From: an uncultured Gammaproteobacteria bacterium
GTDB lineage: Bacteria; Pseudomonadota; Gammaproteobacteria; Chromatiales; Chromatiaceae
DNA length: 64,000 nucleotides
NCBI GenBank assembly: GCA_963808165.1
Contig: CAWEET010000023.1
Coordinates: 144,447 to 208,446 of the forward strand
Reading direction: 5' to 3'
In this document: positions 28,620 to 39,727 of the stretch, one piece after another
Layout: every line of letters begins with the position of its first letter
Position numbering within the stretch: position 1 is the first letter of the stretch
Program-made: the position numbers and the translations under genes
Notes under the pieces: generated by a model
The model's input: only the letters and a program-made list of their open reading frames with translations
The model's database searches: none
What the model was told of the DNA's origin: nothing

Positions 28620-29213
28620 CTATTCGTAAGACGCCGCGCGGCGTTCGGCCTCGCGTGCACCATCTGTATCGCCGAGCGCACGTCGCGCCGCGGCGATCAG
28701 ACGCCAATTGTCGCGATGCAGTGGCCCGTCCTGGGGATTGGCCAGGGCGTTCGATTTGGCCGCGAGCTGAACGACCAGGTCCGGGCGACGCTGTGCGTCG
28801 CGCACTTCGGCGAGCCTGTGCCACAGGATCGCTTCTTCGGGCGCGATGCGCAGTGCGCGCTCCAGGCTGACCGTGGCCGCGTCCAGGTCCCCGCTGGCGC
28901 GCTGGTCTTCGGCCCGGCGCATCAGCGCGGCGACGGCGCGCTTCGGCTCCGGCCGCGCGTAGCTCGGCTGGACAGGCGGCCGGTAGGCGGCGATCTGGGT
29001 GTCGCTCCCGGTCGCAGACGGGGGTTGCCTGGGAGCCGGACGCAGCGGCTGGGACGGGACCTGGTCCCCTTCCACCACCTCGGCGGGGCGATCGCTGCGG
29101 CCCGTACCCCCACAGGCAGACAGCACCAGCGCAGCAATGCCAAGCAGCGCGAACCGGGCGCTGCGCCGGCCATGGCCCGCGGTCGTGTTGATCATATCAG
29201 GCAGCAACTTCAT
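28620..29213 (-). CDS. TPR lipoprotein, probable LpoP-type PBP1B activator
   Basis: Lipobox LSAC, Pro-rich linker, TPR (LERALRIAP), directly downstream of mrcB. Confidence 0.75.
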   Translation of the reverse strand: MKLLPDMINTTAGHGRRSARFALLGIAALVLSACGGTGRSDRPAEVVEGDQVPSQPLRPAPRQPPSATGSDTQIAAYRPPVQPSYARPEPKRAVAALMRRAEDQRASGDLDAATVSLERALRIAPEEAILWHRLAEVRDAQRRPDLVVQLAAKSNALANPQDGPLHRDNWRLIAAARRALGDTDGAREAERRAASYE

Positions 29214-29231
29214 CGGCCCCCTATCATCCAA

Positions 29232-31568
29232 TTAATCGAACAGGCCCTGCAAGAACCCGCCGCGGGCCGGCGGCCTTGCGCAGTCCGAGCGTTCCCTCGG
29301 CTGCGAACCGGCAATGTAAGGGAAGGCCATGACCCCCTCGCAGCGTTCCGCCGCGAGGCGGCCGCTGCGATCCACCCAATGGTACTCGACGTCGCTCGGC
29401 GGGGTGAGTTGCAGCGGGAGGTTGTCGATTGTGCGCATCAAATCGGCCCAGACCGGCAGCGCGCCTTGCGCACCCGTGAGTCCGGTCGATGCATTGTCGT
29501 CGCGCCCGACCCAGGCCACGGCGACGCGGTCCGCGGAAAAACCCGCAAACCAGCTGTCGCGCAGGTCGTTGGTCGTCCCGGTCTTGCCCGCCACCGTCAG
29601 TGCCTCCGGCAGTTGCCGGCGCAGCCCCGCCGCGGTGCCGGATTCCGTCACCTCGACCAGGTTGCGATTGAGCAGGAACACCGCCGCGGGGTCGGCAGCC
29701 TCGGCGACGGTCAGCGGATAGCGCTGCAGCTGCTCCTCGGCGTTGTCCAGCACGGCCCGGATCGCCCGCAACGGCGACCGGAAACCACCGGCCGCGAGGC
29801 TCTGGTAGATCTGCGTCACCTCGAGCGGCGACAGGGACACGGCACCGAGCAGCAGCGAGGGCAGGGGATCGATTTCGCGGTTAACGCCGAGCGCCTGGAG
29901 GGTGGTGATGACTGGCTGCAGCCCGACCTCCAGGCCCAGATTGACCGTGGCGAGATTCAGCGAGCGCGCCAGGGCCTCGTGCAGCATAACGCTGCCATGA
30001 ACCTTGCGGTCGTAATTATGCGGCTGCCAGCGTTGTCCGTTCGGCATTTTCAGATCAACCAGCCTGTCGTCGATCAGGCTGGTGAGGGTGTACTTCTCCG
30101 GCCGCTGCAGCGCGGCAAGATAGACCGCCGGCTTGACCAGGGAGCCGATCGGCCGGATCGCGTCCAGTGCCCGGTTGAAACCCGCATAGTCGGCATCCCG
30201 GTCCCCGATCAATGCCTGAATTTCTCCGTTCTGCGCCGCGGCAACGATCAGCGCACCCTGCAGGCTACCCCTGCCGATACCGCGTGACTTCTCGATCTTC
30301 GCCAGGCGCGCACCCAGCACAGTGGCTGCCTGCTGCTGTACCCAGGGGTCCAGGGTCGTGAAGATACGCATCCCCTCCGAGGTCAGGTCCTCTTCGCGGT
30401 AGTCACGGCGCAACTGGCGCCTCACCAGATCGACGAAGGCCGGAACCCGCTGGCCATGCGCAGCGCCACGTGCGCTGACACCGAGCGGTTGCTGACGGGC
30501 GGCTTGCGCCTGCTGGTCGGCCAGGAAGCCCTGAAGCTGCATCTGGTCGATGACCAGATTGCGGCGCTGCAGCGCGCGCTGCGGGTGCCGGCGCGGATTG
30601 TAAAAAGACGCGCCCTTGACCAGGGCAACCAGAAGCGCCGTTTCGTGCACACGTAACTCTTGCAACGGGCGATTGAAGTAAAAGTACGCTGCCAGGCCGA
30701 AGCCGTGAATGGCGCGTGCGCCTTCCTGGCCGAGAAAAATCTCGTTGGCATACGCCTCGAGGATTTCGTCCTTGTCGTAGCGCGCCTCGACGATCAGAGC
30801 CATCATCGCCTCATTGAACTTGCGCGACAGCGAACGCTCGGGCGTGAGGATGAAGTTCTTGACCAACTGCTGGGTCAGGGTGCTGCCACCCTGAACCGTC
30901 TCTCCGGCCCGGAGATTGGCCAACAGCGCCCGCGCGATTCCGCGGATATCGACGCCGGCATGCTCGAAGAAACGCCGGTCCTCCACTGCCAGCAGGCCCT
31001 GGACCAGGTGATCTGGGATCTCGGCCCGCTGCACCAATACCCGGTCTTCGCTGTGGGCCGGATAGATACTTCCGACCAGGGCCGGCTCGAGCCGCATCAA
31101 ATCGATTTCGCTGCCACGCCGGAGGCTTCGGATACTGTCGACCCCGGCTGCCGAAACCCGTACCACAACTGCCCGACTGGGCTCTGTGCCATCCCAGAAC
31201 CTGAAGTCACGGGTATGGACGGTGAACCGCCCCCGGTTCACCGCCCACTGTGCCGGCCCCGACACCGTGGCTACTTCGCGATAGCCCAGAAAACGCAGTT
31301 CTGCCTTGAGCTGCGCCGCAGAGACATTGGCACCGGCATACAGCTCCAGCGGGCGCGCATAGACCTGGGCGGGCAACGCCCAACGTTTGCCCTCGAATTT
31401 GACCCGGACGGTCTTGGCCAGATACAGCGTATAGCCGCCGGCCAACAACGCACCCAGCACCAGCAGGCCGGCCAACAGCCGCCACCCCGACGTGCTGGCA
31501 GGCCTGGTCTTGCGTGCCTTGCGGGACTTGCGCGAACCGCCGCGCCTGCGCTGTGTCTTCTTCGTCAT
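29232..31568 (-). CDS. mrcB: Penicillin-binding protein 1B
   Basis: EDRRFFEH, GGSTLTQQLVKN, UB2H region, GSLVK, SLN, KTGT. Confidence 0.95.
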   Translation of the reverse strand: MTKKTQRRRGGSRKSRKARKTRPASTSGWRLLAGLLVLGALLAGGYTLYLAKTVRVKFEGKRWALPAQVYARPLELYAGANVSAAQLKAELRFLGYREVATVSGPAQWAVNRGRFTVHTRDFRFWDGTEPSRAVVVRVSAAGVDSIRSLRRGSEIDLMRLEPALVGSIYPAHSEDRVLVQRAEIPDHLVQGLLAVEDRRFFEHAGVDIRGIARALLANLRAGETVQGGSTLTQQLVKNFILTPERSLSRKFNEAMMALIVEARYDKDEILEAYANEIFLGQEGARAIHGFGLAAYFYFNRPLQELRVHETALLVALVKGASFYNPRRHPQRALQRRNLVIDQMQLQGFLADQQAQAARQQPLGVSARGAAHGQRVPAFVDLVRRQLRRDYREEDLTSEGMRIFTTLDPWVQQQAATVLGARLAKIEKSRGIGRGSLQGALIVAAAQNGEIQALIGDRDADYAGFNRALDAIRPIGSLVKPAVYLAALQRPEKYTLTSLIDDRLVDLKMPNGQRWQPHNYDRKVHGSVMLHEALARSLNLATVNLGLEVGLQPVITTLQALGVNREIDPLPSLLLGAVSLSPLEVTQIYQSLAAGGFRSPLRAIRAVLDNAEEQLQRYPLTVAEAADPAAVFLLNRNLVEVTESGTAAGLRRQLPEALTVAGKTGTTNDLRDSWFAGFSADRVAVAWVGRDDNASTGLTGAQGALPVWADLMRTIDNLPLQLTPPSDVEYHWVDRSGRLAAERCEGVMAFPYIAGSQPRERSDCARPPARGGFLQGLFD

Positions 31569-31734
31569 CAGGAATTCGTCACCCAGCCAGATATCGCGTT
31601 GCGCTGGCCGGCGCCGAGATCCCGCTCAGACCGCAGGATCGGGCATCCGAAAGGGGAACCCAAGGAGCTGTTTCGCAAAATCAAACACCTGACCCTCTGC
31701 GGTGCATCGCCGCACGCGAAATACCGGCCACTGC

Positions 31735-31749
31735 TGGCACAAGCCATGC
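31735..31749 (+). promoter_or_regulatory. Possible sigma-54 promoter
   Basis: TGGCACAAGCCATGC, GG-N10-GC, in a 760-bp intergenic region. Confidence 0.3.
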
Positions 31750-32329
31750 GAGTCACTCCAGGATGCACGACACCCTGACCGCACGGCGCTGCATGCGCCT
31801 TATTCTAACAGGGGATGGTGCGGCCCATGGCGCAATGCCGATCACTTGATGAGACAGCACGAACTGAGCAGCGCTCCGGCGTGTTCGATGCGCGAGCGGC
31901 TGCCATGGGCAGAGCGGCTGTCACGCCTCGGTGGTCGAATTCAACGGGTCCCGCGGGCCAAATGCGCAGCGGCTGCGGCCGTCATCGATGGCGATTCGAC
32001 CACGCGCGTTGGCACCAGGCCTGCGCCGCGACAACGCCAAGCTGACCGGGCAAGACGACAGTCAGCTCGAGCCATGATTGCGGGTAAACTGCTGAGCCGT
32101 ACCTGTGATTGGCACATTTTCTCATCGTGACCAGCAAAGCGATCTTCAAGACGGTCCCGGCAATACCCGGCCAATGCGCCGAGCGTCTTTATAAAGGCGA
32201 TGAGCCATACAGAAGGACCGGCGAGCGATGTCAAACGGGATGTCGAAACACCACCCCCAGCATCGCTGACGCCGCGGCAGGGGGGCTGCATGAAACCACT
32301 TTCGGCCCGACAGTGCAGGCCTGACCGGG

Positions 32330-34405
32330 ATGTCGCGGTCGCACTTCTGGCATAGCGCCCGCTTCAAGCTGCTGCTGCTGTCGCTGACGCTGCTGGGCAT
32401 CCCCTGGGCCGGTTATCGATTCATCCAGGAGACCGAACGTTTCCTGCGCGACGCACAGGACCAGGCACTGCAGTACACGGCCAGCTCGGTGGCCAATGTC
32501 ATGCAAGCCCATGAGAACAGCTTTCACGGTGTTGCACGCTCCGGCTCGGTGCTGACATTTCGCAATCTGTTCCTGCACACGCTGCAGGTAGCGCCGCAAC
32601 TCGATGGCTACCGCGACGAATGGATCCACTACCAAAATAACTTCAGCCGCCTGCAATCGATCGACGACAAACTGCAGGCAGACATCCTGCTCGGCCGCTA
32701 CGGGCGATACCTTTACCTGTTGCTGGGCGTGAGGGATCCGCACAGCGACTTTGGTGAGCAGGGTGATGCGGTGGATCTGGCGCTGACCGACGAGTCAGGG
32801 ACCCTTCGGCGCTACCGGATTCAGCCGTACGCGCCCGGTTGGGTCGCGGCCCGACGCCTGCGCTCGGCGGACGAAGCGGCCGACACGCCAGTCAACGAAC
32901 CGGCGATTCGCGGTGAATGGCAGAATGATGCCAATGGCTATACGCTCGAATTGCGTCTGCCGCGAGATCTGCTGCAGGACCGCCTGTCACTGCGTTTTTT
33001 CGACGGCCACAGCCGGCAGGCACTGGCCAGCGGCCAGATGTTTCCAGCTGACGCACTCGGCCTCATCGTCGAAAGGTCGGCGATACTCGAGCGGGCGCTG
33101 GCCCCGGTCGCACCGCCAGCCACCCGCATCTGGGTAACGGATCACCAGGGACTGGTGCTGGCGAGTACTGGTCGACTCGCTGCGGACGCCCCATTGAGCG
33201 CAGAAGAATCAGCGATGCCATGGTTCGTCAAGAAGCTGATTCTCGCCGTGCTGCCACGCGAAGCGGACACCGTCGCCGACCTGCCCGACGACCAGACCCA
33301 CCTGTTCGTGCGGCCGGTGGTCGACGCGCTGAGCGGGCATCCGACCAGCCTGCGCCGGCAACCGCGCGCAGGAGACGCCGTCGTCGTGAGTGCCGCGGTC
33401 CCGATTCGCGGCAGCGAGGGCGTGAAGGGCGCGGTGTTGGTCGAGCAGACCACCAGCGCGGTCCTGTCTATTCAGGACCTCGCATTGCAACGCCTGTTCG
33501 GGCTGACCCTGCTGTTTGTCACTGTGGTCGGTATCGGCATGCTGGCCTTTGCCGGAAGACTCGTCGCGCGCATTATTCAACTGAACAACAAGGTCGAGGC
33601 AATGGCAAGCCGCGGCGGGCGCATGCTTGCACCGCTGGACTTGGACGGCCGCCGGGACGAGATCGGGGACCTTGGGCGCAGCTTGGCCAACCTGGTCGGA
33701 CGGCTGAACGATGACCAACGCTGCCTCGGGGGGAAGGTCGCAACGGCGACGCAGGAAATGCGCGGCCCGCTCGCGGCGGTGCGCGGCGCCCTCGAGCCTG
33801 CCGGGCAGGCACCCTGGGGTGGCCACAGCGCCGAGCTCGAACCGGCCCGCCGCGCGGCGCGTCGCCTGGAGCAGATCCTGGCCGGGCTGCGTGCGACGAC
33901 CGGACTCGAACAGGCCTTGCACCAGACCGAACCGGCCGACTTCGATCTGGCGGCAAGACTGCGTCGACAGATCGAGGAACTGCGCCAGGTCCATTGTGGG
34001 GCCGATATCGAGCTGCAGGGCACGGACAAGCCCATCAGGATCAACGGTATTGCGGATCTGATCGTTCAGGCGGTCGCCGGGTTAGTGGACGATGCAGTGG
34101 ACCGGCATCGCCCCGGGAGCCGCATCTCGATCATTTGTTCCGTGCGGCCGGACAGCATCGAACTGAGTGTGTTCCACCAGGGGCCGCCGCTCCCGGCCGA
34201 CATGCTCGACCTGCCGTCCCGGGCATCTGGGTGCAGCGGCCGTGATGATGAGCCGGCAGCGGGCATCGAGTTACAGCTGGCGCAGCGGATCACTCGGTTT
34301 CACGCTGGCGCGCTGAGGGTGGCGAACCACAGCGACCCGGCCGGCGTGCTGGTCAGCATGACCCTTCCCCGCCTCGCCCGACCTCAACGCGGGGCATCCG
34401 CATAG
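32330..34405 (+). CDS. PdsS-like membrane sensor histidine kinase, catalytically degenerate
   Basis: Two TMs, large periplasmic region, HAMP; H-box reads TQEMRGPL; N and G boxes degraded. Confidence 0.8.
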   Translation: MSRSHFWHSARFKLLLLSLTLLGIPWAGYRFIQETERFLRDAQDQALQYTASSVANVMQAHENSFHGVARSGSVLTFRNLFLHTLQVAPQLDGYRDEWIHYQNNFSRLQSIDDKLQADILLGRYGRYLYLLLGVRDPHSDFGEQGDAVDLALTDESGTLRRYRIQPYAPGWVAARRLRSADEAADTPVNEPAIRGEWQNDANGYTLELRLPRDLLQDRLSLRFFDGHSRQALASGQMFPADALGLIVERSAILERALAPVAPPATRIWVTDHQGLVLASTGRLAADAPLSAEESAMPWFVKKLILAVLPREADTVADLPDDQTHLFVRPVVDALSGHPTSLRRQPRAGDAVVVSAAVPIRGSEGVKGAVLVEQTTSAVLSIQDLALQRLFGLTLLFVTVVGIGMLAFAGRLVARIIQLNNKVEAMASRGGRMLAPLDLDGRRDEIGDLGRSLANLVGRLNDDQRCLGGKVATATQEMRGPLAAVRGALEPAGQAPWGGHSAELEPARRAARRLEQILAGLRATTGLEQALHQTEPADFDLAARLRRQIEELRQVHCGADIELQGTDKPIRINGIADLIVQAVAGLVDDAVDRHRPGSRISIICSVRPDSIELSVFHQGPPLPADMLDLPSRASGCSGRDDEPAAGIELQLAQRITRFHAGALRVANHSDPAGVLVSMTLPRLARPQRGASA

Positions 34406-34513
34406 CGTCTGGTGCGCCGACAGCAGGTGTGCACATGCACCGGGCGACCGAGAACTGCAGCTGCGCGACCGGCGCGGTAACATTGCCGCTTTTGAGACAG
34501 GTTTGATGCCTCC

Positions 34514-35398
34514 ATGCCAGCGCTGTTGCAAGTCGAGCACCTGATCAAGGCCTACCCTGGTGTCCGAGCCGTGGACGGCATCAGTTTCGCGGTCGAAAAA
34601 GGCAGCTGTTTCGGCCTGCTCGGCCCGAACGGCGCCGGCAAGACCACGACGCTGGAGATCCTCGAGGGCATCTCTGAGGCGGATCGAGGCCATGTCATGT
34701 TCAATGGCGCGCCGCGCGACGACGGCTATCGCCAGGTGATCGGCATCCAGTTCCAGCACACCGCCCTGCAGGATTTCCAGACCGTCCGGGAGGCGCTGCA
34801 GCTGTTCGCCAGCTTCTACGCCCGGCACCGGCCCCTGGAAGAGCTGGTCGACCTGTGCAATCTGGCTGAACTGCTCGACCGCGACACCCGCAAGCTGTCC
34901 GGTGGACAGCGCCAGCGCCTGCTGCTCGCGATCGCATTGGTCAACGACCCCGACCTGGTATTCCTCGACGAGCCTACGACCGGCCTCGACCCGCAGTCAC
35001 GGCGCAATTTCTGGCAGTTGATCGAGGGCATCAGGGACGAGGGCAAGACGATCCTGCTGACCACCCACTATATGGAGGAGGCCAAGGTACTGTGCGACGA
35101 AATCGCGATTGTCGACCGCGGCAGGATCGTCGAGCAGGGGCAACCGGATCGCCTGCTGCACAAGCATTTCCCCCGGGCGCTGGTTCGCGTCCCGCTGCAG
35201 GCGCTGCCGGATGGGAAAACTCCGCCGCCGGGGTTCGAGGTACGAGACGGATTTGCGGTGGCGGCGACCAACGACATCGACCGGGCGCTCGGCGAACTCG
35301 GCAGGCAGGCAGTCGCGCTCGATGAGCTGCATATCGGCACACCGACGCTCGACGACCTGTTTCTGAAACTCACCGGACACGGCCTGCGCGAATCATGA
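34514..35398 (+). CDS. ABC-2 transporter ATP-binding protein
   Basis: GPNGAGKT, LSGGQ, FLDEPTTGLDP, THYMEEA. Confidence 0.95.
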   Translation: MPALLQVEHLIKAYPGVRAVDGISFAVEKGSCFGLLGPNGAGKTTTLEILEGISEADRGHVMFNGAPRDDGYRQVIGIQFQHTALQDFQTVREALQLFASFYARHRPLEELVDLCNLAELLDRDTRKLSGGQRQRLLLAIALVNDPDLVFLDEPTTGLDPQSRRNFWQLIEGIRDEGKTILLTTHYMEEAKVLCDEIAIVDRGRIVEQGQPDRLLHKHFPRALVRVPLQALPDGKTPPPGFEVRDGFAVAATNDIDRALGELGRQAVALDELHIGTPTLDDLFLKLTGHGLRES

Positions 35399-36411
35399 AC
35401 ATGCGCCGCATCGTGGCGGTCGTCGCCGCGCGTAACCGCGAATTCTATCGCGACAAGGCGGGACTCGGCTGGAACCTGGTCATGCCGTTCGTGATCGTGC
35501 TGGCCTTTGCGTTCATCTTCAGCAACCCGGACGAGGAGCTGTACAAAGTCGGTGTTCTCGGCGTGCCGGCGGCCGGACAGGAGACGGCTTTTCTCGGCCT
35601 GCGGCATATCGGTTTCGTACCGCAGGACAGCGAGGCCGTCGCTGTGGACAAGGTCCGCTATCACCGGATCGACCTATTGCTCGATCTGCGCGGGGAGCCG
35701 CGCTACTGGGTGAACGATCTGTCACCTAAGGGCTATGTCGTCGAGCGCCTGTTGCTGCAGAGTTATGCGGACCCGGCAGACGGTCCTACCCGCGAGACCG
35801 TGTCCGGACGAGCGGTACGCTACGTCGACTGGGTGCTGCCTGGCGTGCTCGCGATGAACGTGATGTTCAGCAGCCTCTGGGGGGTCGGCTGGGTTATCGT
35901 GCGCTACCGCAAGAACGGCGTGTTGCGCCGCCTGCGCGCCACGCCGCTGAAGGCAGGCGAGTTCCTGCTCGCACAAATCATCTCTCGCCTGCTGGTGGTG
36001 ACCGGGGTTACCGTACTGGTGTTTGTTGCCACCGACATCCTGCTCGATTTCCCGATGCGCGGATCCTACCTCGCGCTCGCTCTGACTTTCCTGGCCGGGG
36101 CCATCGCGCTGCTCAGCATCGGCCTGACGGTGTCTGCCCGGGTCCGCAGCGAGGAACTCGCCGACGGCCTGCTCAACCTGATCTCTTGGCCGATGATGAT
36201 CCTTTCGGGTGTCTGGTTTTCGCTCGAGGGCACCAACATCTGGGCGCAGCGCATCGCAGAGTTGCTGCCACTGACCCACATGGTTGATGCCGCGCGCCGC
36301 GTGATGCTCGACGGTGCCGGTCTGGCGGACGTGGCGCCGGAGATCGGCATTCTGCTGACCATCGGCGTCGTGCTGCTGGGCGTCGCGGCCAGGTCGTTTC
36401 GCTGGCAGTAG
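35395..36411 (+). CDS. ABC-2 transporter permease
   Basis: ATGA overlap, GVLRRLRATP, LPLTH, multiple TMs. Confidence 0.92.
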   Translation: MNMRRIVAVVAARNREFYRDKAGLGWNLVMPFVIVLAFAFIFSNPDEELYKVGVLGVPAAGQETAFLGLRHIGFVPQDSEAVAVDKVRYHRIDLLLDLRGEPRYWVNDLSPKGYVVERLLLQSYADPADGPTRETVSGRAVRYVDWVLPGVLAMNVMFSSLWGVGWVIVRYRKNGVLRRLRATPLKAGEFLLAQIISRLLVVTGVTVLVFVATDILLDFPMRGSYLALALTFLAGAIALLSIGLTVSARVRSEELADGLLNLISWPMMILSGVWFSLEGTNIWAQRIAELLPLTHMVDAARRVMLDGAGLADVAPEIGILLTIGVVLLGVAARSFRWQ

Positions 36412-36709
36412 GGCCCTTCGCAGCAAACGGTCGATTACGGCGCTAGCCACGCAATCGCCCGGCCTCGCCGTACGCAGACATTGAAACTCGCTCCGAAGTG
36501 GTCGAGCGGCCGGCATCTGCGGCACGGATAAGGCAGTCGAGCCAGCGTGGCTGTCCACCGCCCGATAGGCCTTGCTGACCGGTCCCCGGCAAAAGTAACG
36601 AAAACGCGGTTCAGGACCTCTACCCGACCCTCGGAATCGGTCAGCAGCCACCAGCCACTGCTTGATTACTGAGAGAACGCGCCTTTCACGGCGCACTGAC
36701 TGATGCGGG

Positions 36710-37207
36710 CTAGTTGCCACCCGCCGCCGACTTGACCTTGTCGACCGCATCGCGTGCGCCTTGTTTCACGGTGTCGATGGCCTTCTTACCCAGACGTCGC
36801 TGCTCGGCATTGACCAGGTCACGTAGCTCGACCTTGGACAACTCCCTGCCGTTCAGGGTCATCTTGAACGGCAGGGTCGCATAGGCGCTGAGCGGGTCGG
36901 CCAGCGTCAGCGCAGTGTCATCCAGTGCCTCGTATGCATAGTGACAGGCGGAGCGCATCGAAGTGCGCTTGCCGTCATTGTCCACGACGTCGAAGGTGAG
37001 GCCGGTCACCGCGTAGGACGGCCGATTGAAGGTGTTTTCGCCGCCGGTGAATTCGATCGACTCGGCATTGGGCTGCAGTGCAGTGCTGAGGTTCTTGCAC
37101 AGCGACACACGCACATCCTCGGTCGACCCGGAACAACCCGCCAGCGCACCCGCAACTGCGATCAGGCACACAGTCAGAGTCCGCTGTGACTGCCAAGAAT
37201 ATTTCAT
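36710..37207 (-). CDS. Hypothetical lipoprotein
   Basis: Lipobox LAGC; GAGGAG RBS. Confidence 0.75.
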   Translation of the reverse strand: MKYSWQSQRTLTVCLIAVAGALAGCSGSTEDVRVSLCKNLSTALQPNAESIEFTGGENTFNRPSYAVTGLTFDVVDNDGKRTSMRSACHYAYEALDDTALTLADPLSAYATLPFKMTLNGRELSKVELRDLVNAEQRRLGKKAIDTVKQGARDAVDKVKSAAGGN

Positions 37208-37262
37208 CAAATGATTCTCCTCGAAACACGTCGTTCAACATGGCGCCCGCCAGGGGTGCCGG

Positions 37263-39515
37263 CTATTCTTCCAACTCCATGCGGTCGACTCTCTGGAAGC
37301 CCCGTGGCAGCTTGTTGCCGCGACGGCCGCGTTCACCCTCGTAGGCATTGAGGTCGGCGGCGCGCAGAATCAGGTAACGCTTGCCGGAGTGCAACCTCAC
37401 CTTGGCGCCATCTGGCACGGCCAGGATGTCGACCAGGTACTCGCTGCGTTCCGCGACCGCCTTGGCAGGGATGCCGATAATCTTGTTGCCCTTGCCGCGG
37501 GTCAACTCCGGCAGGTCATTCGCGGGGATTACCAACATGCGTCCCTCGCTGCTCACCGCGACCAGGCGATCACTGTCTGCAGTGGTGAGCGGCGACGGCC
37601 GCAGCATACGTGCGCCCGCGGGCAGGGTCAGCACAGCCTTGCCGGCCTTCTTGTTGGCTAACAGATCCCTGGCCTGCACGCGGAAACCATAACCCGCATC
37701 CGAGGCCAGTAGCCACCACTGCTCCGGATCACCGCCCAGCACCGCGACGAAGGACTGGCCGGCGGGCGGATTGAATCGGCCGGTCAGCGGCTCGCCCTGG
37801 CCACGCGCGGAAGGCAAGGTATGTGCCGCCAGCGAATAACTGCGCCCGGCGGAGTCGAAGAACACCACCTGCTGGTTGCTCCGCAGCCTCATTGCCTGGC
37901 GGAAGGCATCCCCCGCCTTGTAGTTCAGTTCCGCCGGGTTGACATCGTGGCCTTTGGCCGCGCGAACCCAGCCCTTGTCGGACAGCACGACGGTCAGCGG
38001 CTCACTCGGCGTGAACTCGGTCTCGTCCATCGCCTCGGCGGCCGACCGCTCAACGATGGGGGAGCGCCGATCGTCGCCGTATTTCTCGGCATCTGCGGCC
38101 AGTTCCTTGCGAATAAGCGTCTTCATGCGCTGCTTCGACCCCAGCGTCTTCTGCAGTTCATCGCGCTCTTTGCCCAAGGCCTTCTGCTCGGCGCGGATCT
38201 TCATCTCCTCGAGGCGCGCCAGATGGCGCAGTTTAGTGTCGAGGATATAGTCGGCCTGTACCTCGCTCAGATCGAATCGCTCCATCAACACCGGTTTGGG
38301 CTCGTCCTCGGTGCGAATGATGCGGATCACCTCGTCCAGGTTGAGGAAAGCGACCATCAGGCCTTCGAGCAGGTGCAGGCGCTCAAGGACCTTGTCGAGA
38401 CGGAACTGCAGTCGACGGCGCACCGTCTCGAAACGGAACTCCAGCCATTCGACCAGGATTTCGCGCAGATCGCGCACGCGCGGCCGCCCGTCGAGGCCGA
38501 TCATGTTCAGGTTAACCCGGTAACTGCGCTCCAGGTCGGTGGTCGCAAACAGGTGCAGCATCACCCGCTCGGTATCCACGCGGTTGGAACGCGGCACGAT
38601 TACCAGCCGTGTTGGGTTTTCATGATCTGACTCATCGCGCAGATCCTCGATCCAGGGGAGCTTCCTGGCCTGCATCTGCGCGGCGATCTGCTCGAGCACC
38701 CGCGCCCCGGACACCTGGTAAGGCAGCGCGGTGATCACGATCGCGCCTTGGTCCTTGTGCCACCGCGCGCGCAAGCGCAGCGAGCCACCACCGGTTTGAT
38801 AAATACGCCGCAGGTCGGCGCGCGGCGTGATGATCTCGGCTTCGGTCGGAAAATCCGGACCCGGCACATGCTCACTCAGCTCCGCCAGCGTGGCCTTCGG
38901 CTGCTCGATCAGGCGAATGCAGGCACTCGCCACCTCGCGAAGATTGTGCGGTGGGATGTCGGTCGCCATACCGACTGCGATGCCCGTCGCGCCGTTCAGC
39001 AGCACGTTCGGCAGCCGGGCCGGCAGCATCGCCGGCTCCCGCAGCGTACCGTCAAAATTCGGCAACCATTCGACCGTGCCCTGACCGAGCTCCGACAGAA
39101 GGACCTGGGCATAGGGCGTGAGGCGGGCCTCCGTATAGCGCATCGCCGCGAACGACTTGGGATCGTCCGGCGAGCCCCAGTTGCCCTGACCGTCGATCAG
39201 CGGGTAACGATAGGAGAAATCCTGCGCCATCAGGACCATCGACTCGTAGCAGGCACTGTCACCATGCGGGTGGAACTTGCCCAGCACGTCGCCAACCGTG
39301 CGCGCCGATTTCTTGTGTTTGGAGGCCGCCGACAGTCCCAACTCGGACATTGCATAGACGATACGCCTCTGAACCGGTTTCAGACCGTCGCCGATATACG
39401 GGAGGGCCCGGTCGAGGATGACGTACATGGAGTAATCCAGGTACGCCTTCTCGGTGAAACGGCGCAGGGGTAGCTGCTCCACCCCTTCAGCGTTGTACTG
39501 CGGTTCCTGATCCAT
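37263..39515 (-). CDS. parC: DNA topoisomerase IV subunit A
   Basis: [29 protein letters not shown]. Confidence 0.97.
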   Translation of the reverse strand: MDQEPQYNAEGVEQLPLRRFTEKAYLDYSMYVILDRALPYIGDGLKPVQRRIVYAMSELGLSAASKHKKSARTVGDVLGKFHPHGDSACYESMVLMAQDFSYRYPLIDGQGNWGSPDDPKSFAAMRYTEARLTPYAQVLLSELGQGTVEWLPNFDGTLREPAMLPARLPNVLLNGATGIAVGMATDIPPHNLREVASACIRLIEQPKATLAELSEHVPGPDFPTEAEIITPRADLRRIYQTGGGSLRLRARWHKDQGAIVITALPYQVSGARVLEQIAAQMQARKLPWIEDLRDESDHENPTRLVIVPRSNRVDTERVMLHLFATTDLERSYRVNLNMIGLDGRPRVRDLREILVEWLEFRFETVRRRLQFRLDKVLERLHLLEGLMVAFLNLDEVIRIIRTEDEPKPVLMERFDLSEVQADYILDTKLRHLARLEEMKIRAEQKALGKERDELQKTLGSKQRMKTLIRKELAADAEKYGDDRRSPIVERSAAEAMDETEFTPSEPLTVVLSDKGWVRAAKGHDVNPAELNYKAGDAFRQAMRLRSNQQVVFFDSAGRSYSLAAHTLPSARGQGEPLTGRFNPPAGQSFVAVLGGDPEQWWLLASDAGYGFRVQARDLLANKKAGKAVLTLPAGARMLRPSPLTTADSDRLVAVSSEGRMLVIPANDLPELTRGKGNKIIGIPAKAVAERSEYLVDILAVPDGAKVRLHSGKRYLILRAADLNAYEGERGRRGNKLPRGFQRVDRMELEE

Positions 39516-39727
39516 TGAACTCTTGGCGTGGCTTGGGACAGGCCGGATTCTACACGCGTCGGCCGGCGGCTACCGTACCGCTTGACCAGTCCGTCGATGC
39601 CGCTCACCCGCCCGACAGGGCCGAGCGAGAGGCTACCCTGCGCCCAGCGCGATCTGGACGCAGGTCGTCACCATGGCGGCCTGTTGGCCTATCATCTTGC
39701 CAGTCAACCCGGGAAGGAAGGTCGCAC

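Noticed and set aside
28518-31778. Long plus-strand ORFs (589 aa and 372 aa)
   Set aside because: Antisense shadows of mrcB and the TPR lipoprotein gene.
36440-36620. Nested imperfect hairpin between convergent genes
   Set aside because: Too degenerate, and no second copy in the window to support a repeat or ncRNA call.
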